A DNA stretch of 64,000 bases, taken from assembly GCA_963851265.1 (NCBI GenBank), contig CAWKNZ010000008.1:64001-128000 (forward strand), given 5' to 3'. The notes below the pieces were generated by a model, which saw only the letters and a list, made by a program, of their open reading frames with translations, was not told the DNA's origin and made no database searches. How positions within the stretch are numbered: the first letter of the stretch is position 1; each line of letters starts with the position of its first letter. Origin of the DNA: an uncultured Gemmatimonadales bacterium. Its GTDB lineage: Bacteria > Gemmatimonadota > Gemmatimonadetes > Gemmatimonadales > Gemmatimonadaceae. The position numbers and the translations under genes were made by a program. Shown piece after piece: positions 57,201 to 64,000 of this stretch.

Positions 57201-57581
57201 CACGTTCGGGTCGCTCGGCGCCACCGCGATCGCGCCGACCGACGCGATCTCGGGTGCGTTGCCGCGCACCCGGAAGTCGGAGACGTTCTGCCACGACTGC
57301 CCGCCGTTCGTGGTCTTCCACACGCCGCCGTCGACCGCGCCGAAGTAGAACACGCGCGGGTCGGTGTACGAGCCCGACACGGCGACGACGCGCCCGCCGC
57401 GGAACGGCCCGATGTTGCGCCAGCGCAGCGAGCGGAACTCCGACGCGCCCGGGCGCCGTGCGCTGTCGTCGGGGGCGGACGCGGACGCGCGGACGCGCTG
57501 CGCCCCCGCGTCGGCGGCTGGGACGGCGAGCAGGGCGCACAGCCCGGCGATGCCGGCGAGCGGACGGAGCATGACGGGCAT
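54219..57581 (-). CDS. Secreted BNR/VPS10-repeat glycosyl hydrolase-like protein
   Basis: WRNIGPFRGGR, repeated S/T-x-DGG-x-TW Asp boxes, PHGDTH, GAQQDN, ATHGR, GLNRFVWDLRY. Confidence 0.88.
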   Translation of the reverse strand: MPVMLRPLAGIAGLCALLAVPAADAGAQRVRASASAPDDSARRPGASEFRSLRWRNIGPFRGGRVVAVSGSYTDPRVFYFGAVDGGVWKTTNGGQSWQNVSDFRVRGNAPEIASVGAIAVAPSDPNVIWVGTGESGLREDVTYGTGVYRTTDGGETWQHLGLAGTQQIGAVRVHPRDPDVAYVAAIGHAFGPNRERGVYRTTDGGRTWKQVLFVDDSTGAVDLAMDPSNPRVLFAAMWRVQRLPWGMRAGGGRSGLWKSTDGGDTWADVSANPGLPNTALGRIGVAVSPANPRRVYAAVEAPDSAGQPRGGIFRSDDAGATWQRVNGDQRWQVRAWYYSGVTADPRDENGVYVNTLGTWHSVDGGRTWARVAVPHGDTHVLWVDPSDPRRLVHGNDGGATVSYDGGASWSSIYNQPTSQFYHVTTDDQFPYRIYGAQQDNTTVSIASRSDNGAITRQDWWPVAGGESAYIAVDPTDPNVTYGGGYMGEIWRHDRRTNQSRNVAVWLDNYDGWAAKDVPYRFAWTFPLFFSPHDPKTLYAAAQYLFRSTNGGNSWERISPDLARADPRTLGRSGGPIHGDMTGTEWYAMAFAVAESPLTKGLIWAGSDDGLVHLTRDGGVTWQDVTPPGLGPFTKMSVVEPSHFDPGTAYIAANRYQQDDFRPYLLRTTDYGRSWTRIDAGIPAGSYARAVREDPRRRGLLFAGTETGVFVSFDDGARWRPLQLNLPRVSVRDLAVKDNDLIAATHGRAFWVMDDIAPLRQMTDAVRAEPAHLFAPATAVRFAAGRSRRAEGDAGENPPAGAYVDYWLRERPKTPIRLEFLDAAGAVIRTYTSHDSAGRAATTRGGGRDSSGTSARAYTAADSLARLTAYDTTGQSSQRRRVESDSASYAPADSVVPARAGLNRFVWDLRYAGVRALKDVVNDEGTYAGATAVPGAYAVRLTVDGRPQTQPLRVVDDPRVGASAAEHAATFDLTRRTVDKVNELADAVRRIEAMQAQLGARVEQTHARPYAARVAAAAQPLRAQLEAVRSALADVNSHADQITLHYPVALYNQLLTANRNVHSFDRGPTAQSLQVYAELAGKVDAQLGRLRALEAGDVAAFNRLLRELDVPAVDARPAPGA

Positions 57582-57647
57582 CGGCGATTCGTTGGCGGGA
57601 GAGGGGCCGGAGCTTCGGTACGAACGGGACCGACGGGACGGACGCGA

Positions 57648-58949
57648 CTAACGGACCGGGGCGGGATCGCGCCGCACCACGCGCCCGTCCTTCATCACGA
57701 ACGCGACGCGCTCGGCGGCCTCGATCGTCTCCGACGGGTCGCCCGCGGTCGCGACGAGATCGGCCGCGAAGCCGGGCCGCACCTGACCGATCCGGTCCCC
57801 GAGTCCGAGCGAGCGCGCCGCGCGCGAGGTGGCGCTCACGACCGCGTCCATCGCGGGCTCGCCGCCGCGGCGCACGCGGCACACCAGCTCCTCCGCGTTG
57901 CGCCCGTGCGCGCCGGCGACGGCATCGGTGCCGAACACCAGCTGCAGCCCCGGCGTCGCGACCGCGTCGCGAATCCCGCGCTCGGCCAGCGGGAGCGCGC
58001 GCTCCATCGCCGCGAACCCGGCCGCGTTGTAGTTGCCGATCCCGTCGAACACCGGCCGGTTGTCGAGGTAGTTGCGGAAGACGAGCCCGCACTGCGGGTC
58101 GAAGTACGTCCCGCGGTCGGCCATCAGCCGCCGCGCGGCGTCGTCGGCGAACACGCCGTGCTCCACCTGCGTGCACCCCGCGCGGGCGGCCCGCGTCACG
58201 GCCTCGGCCGAGTGCGCGTGCACGAGGGCGCGCAGGCCCGACGCCCGCGCCTCGCCGCACGCGGCCGCGAGCTGCGCGTCGGACATCGTCGCGGTGCCGC
58301 CCTCGCGGATGCTCTTCGAGGCGAAGATCTTGATCAGGTCCGCGCCGTCGGCCTTGAAGCGGCGCACCGCCGCGCGCAGCGAGTCGGGGCTGCCGCCGCC
58401 GGTGCGTTCGTTGAGCGAGCCGAGCGAGGTGAGCACGCGCGGGCCCGGGATCGCGCCGCGGGCGATCGCGTCGCGCAGGGCGCGGTTCTCGGGCTCGCCG
58501 ACACTCTGCACGGTCGTGAAGCCCGCGCGCAGCGTGGCCCACGCGTTCGCCGCGCCGGCGAGCGCCTGGACGTCGGCGGGGTCGCCGTCGTCGGGCGTGT
58601 GCAGGCGACCGTGCGCGTTCACGTACCACGACAGGTGCACGTGCGTGTCGATGAGCCCCGGGAGGAGCGTGAGCGGCCCGAGGTCGACGCCGCCCGCGGG
58701 GAGCGGCCCGCGCGCCGGGCGTACCGCGGCGATGTCGCCGCCGACGACCACGACGTCCACGTTCTGCTGCCGCCCGCCGGTGCCGTCGAGCACGCGCGCG
58801 GCGCGCAGCACGACCGTGTCGCCGTCCGCGGCGAGCGGCGCGGGCCGCTGCGCGTGCAGCGCGGCGGCGCCCAGCGTGAGGCCTAACGCGGCGCCTATGG
58901 CGGCGCGGACGCGGGCCCCGGCGGCGCGCGCGAACCGCGGCACGCTCAA
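57648..58949 (-). CDS. Secreted metal-dependent amidohydrolase
   Basis: PGLIDTHVH, GFTTVQS, KIFAS, VHAH, VEHG, FGTDA, ADLV..GDP; GTGA-type overlap with the upstream gene. Confidence 0.88.
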   Translation of the reverse strand: MSVPRFARAAGARVRAAIGAALGLTLGAAALHAQRPAPLAADGDTVVLRAARVLDGTGGRQQNVDVVVVGGDIAAVRPARGPLPAGGVDLGPLTLLPGLIDTHVHLSWYVNAHGRLHTPDDGDPADVQALAGAANAWATLRAGFTTVQSVGEPENRALRDAIARGAIPGPRVLTSLGSLNERTGGGSPDSLRAAVRRFKADGADLIKIFASKSIREGGTATMSDAQLAAACGEARASGLRALVHAHSAEAVTRAARAGCTQVEHGVFADDAARRLMADRGTYFDPQCGLVFRNYLDNRPVFDGIGNYNAAGFAAMERALPLAERGIRDAVATPGLQLVFGTDAVAGAHGRNAEELVCRVRRGGEPAMDAVVSATSRAARSLGLGDRIGQVRPGFAADLVATAGDPSETIEAAERVAFVMKDGRVVRRDPAPVR

Positions 58950-61900
58950 CGCTCCGCGCCGGTGACCGGCGGCAGGCCGTGCGAGACGACGGCGAGGTTG
59001 AGCGCGGCCACGTCGCCCGCGACGACCTGGTCGAGCGCGCGCAGCTCGCGGTCGAGTTCGGCGGAGAGCTCGCGGTAGACGACGTAGGCCGCGGCCGTCG
59101 GGCGCGCGTCGCCGGTCTCGACGCTGCGGCCGAGGGCGGCGAGTCGGTTGTTGAGCTTGATCGGGAAGTTGAGCGGGTCCTGGCCGCTCCGATTGCGGAC
59201 CTGGTAGAGGTGCTCCTCGACCGTCGCGAGGCGCGCCGCCGCGGCGCTCGCCGCGCGGGCGACGTCGGGCGCGTTCGCGCGCGCGGCGCGGTCGGCCGCC
59301 TGGCTGCGCAGGCGCCGGATGCGGAGGACGGCGTCGTTCGCCGCGGACACGCGGTCACGGATCTGCCGCGCGAGCGCGAACTGCGCCTGCAGGTCGGCCG
59401 CGGTCACGCCGGTGAGCCGCGGGTCGGCACGCACCGCGAGCGGGCGCGTTTCGGTGGCGCCGCCCGCCGTGACGCGCACCTGGTACGCGCCGGGCACGGC
59501 GAGCGGCCCCTCCTCGGGCGAGGCGCTCCAGAGCACCATGCATTCGAACTTCGTCGCGCCCGGGTAGCGCAGGTCCCACGTGAAGCGGTTGAGCCCCGCG
59601 CGGCCGGTCGGGCGCGCCACCGCGGGGCGGCGGCGCGGCGTCTCGCACCCGCTCGGCTGCATGATCGTGTCGCGCGTGGCGGCGCTCGAGGGCTCAGCCG
59701 CGGGGCGTCGGGCGAGGCTCGCGCTGTCGCGCTCGGCGGCCGCGCGCGACTCGGCGGAATCGCTGGCGTACTGCCCGCCGCCGGTGTACGCGCGGACGAC
59801 CTTCCCCGCGCGGTCGAGGATCTCGACGCGCACCGTGTCGGCGGGGCGCGCGAGCGCGTACTGGATGCTCGCCTCGGTCACGCCGCGCGTGGCGACGCCG
59901 GGCGTGAAGAGCTGGAGCGCGGCGGCCGGCGCCGACGCCGCGCGCGCCTCGCGGATCGGCGTCACGTCGTCGAGCACGTAGAGCGAGCGGCCGTGCGTCG
60001 CGACGACGAGGTCGCGCCCCTCGACCACGACGTCCGACACCTGCGTGTCGGGCAGCTTGAGCGAGAGCGACCGCCAGTTCGCCCCGTCGTCCCACGACAC
60101 GTAGATCCCGTGTTCCGTGCCGGCGTAGAGCAGCCCGGCGCGCACGGGGTCCTCGCGCACCGCGTGCACATAGTCATCGGCGCGGATCCCGCCGACGATC
60201 TTGGTCCACGTTCGGCCGAAGTCGTGCGTCCGGTACAGGTACGGCGCGCGGTCGTCCAGCAAGTAGTTCTTCGCGGCGAGGTACGCCGTGCCGGGCGCGT
60301 GGGGCGACGCGTCGATCAGGCTGACGCGCGCGAACTTGGGCAGGCCCGCGGGCGTCACGTCGGTCCACGTCCGCCCGCCGTCGCGCGTGACGTGCGCGAG
60401 GCCGTCGTCCGATCCCGTCCAGATCACGTTCGCGTCGCGCGGCGACGGCGCCACGGTGAAGATGGTGCCGTAGATCTCGGGGCCGTTCATGTCCTGCGTG
60501 ATCGGCCCGCCCGTCGGGCCGAGCGTCGCGGGGTCGGCGCGCGTGAGGTCGGGCGACATGCGCGTCCACGTCTGCCCCTCGTCGCGCGTGCGCCAGAGGT
60601 GCTGCGACGCGGTGTAGAGCGTGCGCGGGTCGACGGGCGAGAAGACGATCGGGTACGTCCACTGCCAGCGCTCGGGGAGCGCACTCGCCGGCTCGCCGGA
60701 GAAGAAGCGCGGGTACACCTGCACGTCGCGGATCTGCCCGTTGGACCGGTCGTAGCGCGTCAGCAGCGCGCCCTGGCTGCCGGCGTAGAAGACGTCGGGG
60801 TCGCGCGGGTCCGGCGCGATGTACCCGCTCTCGCCGCCGCCGACGTCGTACAGCCAGTCGCCGAGCGTGCGCGAGCGCGCGCCGCGCAGGTTGGCCCAGT
60901 CGTTGGAGGGCAGACAGAGCGTCGTGTTGTCCTGCTGGGCGCCGCACACGTGGTAGGGGAAGTGGCGCGTGGTCGCCACGTGGTAGAGCTGCGCGGTCGG
61001 GAAGGTCTGGTCCGTCCACGTCGCGCCGGCGTTCACGCTCACCGTGCCGCCGCCGTCGTTCGCCTCGATCATGCGCCGGTTGTCGTTAGGCGCGATCCAG
61101 AGGTCGTGGTTGTCGCCGTGCGGCACCGCGAGCGTGCTGTCGAAGTGCAGGCCGCCGTCGTCGGAGCGGAAGAAGTTCACGTTGAGCACGTACACGCGGT
61201 CCTTCACCTGCGGGTCCGCGGTGACGTGCGTGTAGTAGAAGGCGCGCTGCCGCAGCTTGCGCTCCTCGCTCGTGCGCCGCCACGACGCGCCCGCGTCGTC
61301 GGAGCGGTACACGCCGCCGTCGGCCGCTTCGACCACCGCGTACACGCGCCGGCCGTCGACCGGGGACACCGACACGCCGATGCGGCCGACCACCCCCGTC
61401 GGCATTCCCGGCGCGCGCGTGAGCTCCGTCCAGTGCTCGCCGCCGTCGGTGCTCTTGAACAGCCCGCTCCCGGGCCCCCCGCTCTCCATCTTGTAGCTGA
61501 TGCGGTACGCCTGCCAGAGGGCGGCGTAGAGCACGTTCGGGTCGCGCGCGTCCATCGAGAGGTCGATCGCGCCCGTCCGGTCGTCGCGGTAGAGCACCCT
61601 GCGCCAGTGCTGCCCGCCGTCGGTGCTCTTGAACACGCCGCGCTCGGCGTTGCGGCCGGCGGGGTGGCCGAAGGCGGCCACGTACACCACGTCCGGGTTG
61701 CGCGGGTCGACGCGGATCTTCGAAATGGCCTGCGTCTCGGCGAGGCCGACGTGCGTCCAGGTCTTGCCGCCGTCGGCGGAGCGGTACACGCCGTCGCCCT
61801 GCATGATGTTGCCGCGGATGCACGTCTCGCCCATCCCGATGTAGACCACGTCGGGGTTGGATTCCGACACCGCGACCGCGCCCACCGAACTCGATCGCAA

Positions 61901-62173
61901 TTGGCCGTCGGTGACCGGCTTCCACGTCTGGCCGCCGTCGGTGGTCTTCCACAGCCCGCCGCCGACCGCGCCGAAGTAGTACTCGAGCGGGCGCTGCACG
62001 CTGCCGGCGGCCGCGATCGAGCGCCCGCCGCGGTTGGGACCGATGGAGCGCCACTGCATCCCGCGAAACTGGACGGAGTCGACCGCCGCGGGGAGCGGCG
62101 CGCGTTGGGCGAGGACCGGTCGCGCGAGGGTCGGGAGCGCGACGAGCAGGCAGGCGATCGCGGGGAGGCGCAT
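58946..62173 (-). CDS. Secreted BNR/VPS10-repeat glycosyl hydrolase-like protein (paralog of 54219-57581)
   Basis: WRSIGPNRGGR, Asp boxes, PHGDNHDLW, GAQQDN, ATHGR, GLNRFTWDLRY; signal peptide from ATG 62173 (alternative start 62209). Confidence 0.88.
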   Translation of the reverse strand: MRLPAIACLLVALPTLARPVLAQRAPLPAAVDSVQFRGMQWRSIGPNRGGRSIAAAGSVQRPLEYYFGAVGGGLWKTTDGGQTWKPVTDGQLRSSSVGAVAVSESNPDVVYIGMGETCIRGNIMQGDGVYRSADGGKTWTHVGLAETQAISKIRVDPRNPDVVYVAAFGHPAGRNAERGVFKSTDGGQHWRRVLYRDDRTGAIDLSMDARDPNVLYAALWQAYRISYKMESGGPGSGLFKSTDGGEHWTELTRAPGMPTGVVGRIGVSVSPVDGRRVYAVVEAADGGVYRSDDAGASWRRTSEERKLRQRAFYYTHVTADPQVKDRVYVLNVNFFRSDDGGLHFDSTLAVPHGDNHDLWIAPNDNRRMIEANDGGGTVSVNAGATWTDQTFPTAQLYHVATTRHFPYHVCGAQQDNTTLCLPSNDWANLRGARSRTLGDWLYDVGGGESGYIAPDPRDPDVFYAGSQGALLTRYDRSNGQIRDVQVYPRFFSGEPASALPERWQWTYPIVFSPVDPRTLYTASQHLWRTRDEGQTWTRMSPDLTRADPATLGPTGGPITQDMNGPEIYGTIFTVAPSPRDANVIWTGSDDGLAHVTRDGGRTWTDVTPAGLPKFARVSLIDASPHAPGTAYLAAKNYLLDDRAPYLYRTHDFGRTWTKIVGGIRADDYVHAVREDPVRAGLLYAGTEHGIYVSWDDGANWRSLSLKLPDTQVSDVVVEGRDLVVATHGRSLYVLDDVTPIREARAASAPAAALQLFTPGVATRGVTEASIQYALARPADTVRVEILDRAGKVVRAYTGGGQYASDSAESRAAAERDSASLARRPAAEPSSAATRDTIMQPSGCETPRRRPAVARPTGRAGLNRFTWDLRYPGATKFECMVLWSASPEEGPLAVPGAYQVRVTAGGATETRPLAVRADPRLTGVTAADLQAQFALARQIRDRVSAANDAVLRIRRLRSQAADRAARANAPDVARAASAAAARLATVEEHLYQVRNRSGQDPLNFPIKLNNRLAALGRSVETGDARPTAAAYVVYRELSAELDRELRALDQVVAGDVAALNLAVVSHGLPPVTGAER

Positions 62174-62403
62174 GCGGGGCGTGGGCGGGCGGTGGGCGGT
62201 GCTGCGCATTGTAGCGCCCCGTTCGCGGCGTGCACGCGCCGGAGACTCCGCGGGGAGGCGCCCTGCACACCCGAGATGCACACGGCGCGCATGCCGCCCC
62301 GGCTCGAGGCACCACCGGGATGCGCGCAGCGCGGGCAACGCCTGGCGACCGTGGATCCCGTCTCGAGAAACCTCTCAACGCATCGTTCGGCGGCACGTCC
62401 GCG

Positions 62404-62808
62404 TCAGATCGCCCTGGACGCCTGAAGCAGCATCCATGACGTGCCGAAGCGATCCCGCAGCATCGCGAAGCGATTCGCGAACGGCGTCCGCTCGAGCTTC
62501 ATGAATACTTCGCCACCGTCCGCGAGCACGGCGTACGTGCGATCCGCGTCCGCCTCGCTGTCGACGGACAGGGCGAGGTAGGCACTTCGCATCGGCTCGG
62601 CCGCCGGGATGTCCGCCCCCATCAGCACCGTCGTGCCGATTTCGAGCCGCGCGTGAAGGATCTTCTCGCCCCACTCGGCCGGGATCGCGGGGTTCGGCGT
62701 CTCCCCATGACGGACGAGACCGGTGATCCTGCCGCCAAGGTGTTGCTCGTAGAAGCGGAACGCCTCCTCACAGCAACCCCGATAGTTCACGTAGACGTCC
62801 AATCGCAT
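62404..62808 (-). CDS. VOC/PhnB-family protein
   Basis: YVNYRGCCEEAFRFYEQHLGG...ILHARL.IG...LMGAD...LADGGEVFM.LE.T.FA.RF.ML.DRFG.SW. Confidence 0.9.
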   Translation of the reverse strand: MRLDVYVNYRGCCEEAFRFYEQHLGGRITGLVRHGETPNPAIPAEWGEKILHARLEIGTTVLMGADIPAAEPMRSAYLALSVDSEADADRTYAVLADGGEVFMKLERTPFANRFAMLRDRFGTSWMLLQASRAI

Positions 62809-63013
62809 TTCGGCAGTTCGTGCGTGCGCGCGGTTCGAGGCCGTCGCGCCGTGCGTCCGATCGAGCGACAGCGGGCGGGGGTGCCGCCGACCCTCCAACC
62901 TCAGTTGCGAGCTTTCGGTGCGCAACCCCGGTTGCTCGTGATGCCGCCAAGGGCCGCGCTGCGGCGTCCCCGCATAAGCGACAGCTGCAGCGACTCGTGC
63001 GACGTCGAGCGCC

Positions 63014-63640
63014 TCATCGCCGGCCGGCGACGGCCAGCCGCACGCCGAGCCCCACGAACAGCGCGCCCGTCGCGCGCTCCATCAGCCGCGCCGCTCGGCC
63101 GCTCCGCCGCAATCGGGCTGACGCGCGGCTGGCGCCGAGGGCGACGACCAGGTTGACGAGCGTGCCCGACGTGTCGAAGAGGAGCCCGAGCGCGAGAACC
63201 TGCAGAGCGGGGCTGCCACGGGCTGGGTCGACGAACTGCGGCAAAAAGGCCAGGAAGAACAGCGCGACCTTGGGGTTGAGTACGTTGGTCACCACCCCCT
63301 GCCGGAACACCGCCCAGCGCGACGCGGGCGCGAGCGCGCGCTCGGCGAGCCCCGACGGCCGTAGGAGTGCGCGCCCCCCGAGGTACACGAGGTAAGCCGC
63401 GCCGGCGAGCCGCACTGCGGCGTAGGCGACCGGCACCGCGGCGAGCAGCGCGACCAGGCCGCCCGCGACGAGCGCGATGTGCACGAGGGTGCCCATCGCG
63501 ATCCCAAGCGCCGAGGCGACGCCGGCCGGCCGGCCCTCCGACGCGCTCCGGGCGGCGACGTAGAGCATGTCGGGCCCGGGTGTCACGTTGAGCGCCAGCC
63601 CGGCCGCGAGAAACGGGAGTAGCGAGTGGAGTGGTAACAT
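63014..63640 (-). CDS. LysE/RhtB family translocator
   Basis: TPGPDMLYV...GRPAG..SALG...GAAYLVYLG...QGVVTNVLNPKVALFFLAFLPQFV. Confidence 0.93.
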   Translation of the reverse strand: MLPLHSLLPFLAAGLALNVTPGPDMLYVAARSASEGRPAGVASALGIAMGTLVHIALVAGGLVALLAAVPVAYAAVRLAGAAYLVYLGGRALLRPSGLAERALAPASRWAVFRQGVVTNVLNPKVALFFLAFLPQFVDPARGSPALQVLALGLLFDTSGTLVNLVVALGASRASARLRRSGRAARLMERATGALFVGLGVRLAVAGRR

Positions 63641-64000
63641 TGGGACCGCGACTTGTGGTGACGCCGAACGCCCGAGGTCGGTTTCCGGCTGTGGGCGGGC
63701 GACGAAGGCAGCGTGCGTCACCGCCGAGGGCGGGGCCGGAGCGTCCCTGCATACCCGGACAGCTTCAGCGCCTCGTTGGGCGGCGGCGCGCCGATCCCGG
63801 GTTACGCCCCCGTGCAGTCCTCCGCCAACGCCGGACGAACTTCCAGCACCTCGCGAACGTCCAGCGCCCAAGCGCCTGGATGCGGGCCGAGTTGGATGTC
63901 GCCGTCCTGCGCGCGCGCCGCGCGCCAACGGACGTACAGGGGAGCACCCGGCGCAACCCCGTGCGCCGCCCGCGCGCTGTCGAGTTGCGGCCCGGCCCGA

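Noticed and set aside
52489..59358. 2289-aa minus-strand ORF
   Set aside because: Arg/Pro/Ala-rich shadow frame overlapping clear genes; an artefact of stop-codon scarcity at high GC.
1..64000. CRISPR arrays, rRNA/tRNA, integrase/transposase, prophage
   Set aside because: No spaced repeats, RNA gene signatures or recombinase motifs seen; phage-like genes (sheath, tube, spike, GH19) are explained by the T6SS.

Overview
Very GC-rich bacterial window (roughly 75% GC by eye; gene content suggests Gemmatimonadota, which is inference). The flanks (1-12.5 kb and 52-64 kb) carry ordinary genes: a TadG-like protein, amidohydrolases, M20 and M13 peptidases, SDR, HAD, a soluble PAS chemoreceptor, a PQQ/haem-c dehydrogenase, two BNR-repeat hydrolases, VOC and LysE. 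The centre (13.1-51.5 kb) is a type VI secretion (T6SS) locus: tssM-tssL-tssK, a second tssK, tssB-tssC-hcp-tagJ-tssA-tssE-tssF-tssG, tssH-vgrG-DUF6931-PAAR and a frameshifted membrane Ser/Thr kinase, followed by an ECF sigma factor/Ser-Thr kinase pair of the EcfK/PknS type. No tssJ, fha or pppA is recognisable. A lower-GC island (22-28.3 kb) encodes candidate effectors (papain-like protease, PG-binding protein, CHAP amidase, small ADP-ribosyltransferase-fold protein, GH19 muramidase plus an immunity candidate), and an AvrRpt2/C70-like protease is inserted antisense after tssG. Main new observations: (1) a bipartite motif (R)YGAYN-N16-NC(G/T)GTA upstream of 10 transcription units of the locus, a candidate ECF regulon; (2) a membrane-anchored half-kinase with repeated E/D-F/Y-T-R-L-F/I motifs between the two tssK genes; (3) a 2-bp deletion in a 15-bp repeat that uncouples the T6SS kinase from its TM and Ig-like domains; (4) a possible shared N-terminal domain on two effectors; (5) a strongly iterated heptamer GTTAGGC/GCCTAAC (23 copies counted). 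No rRNA, tRNA, CRISPR or transposase was seen.
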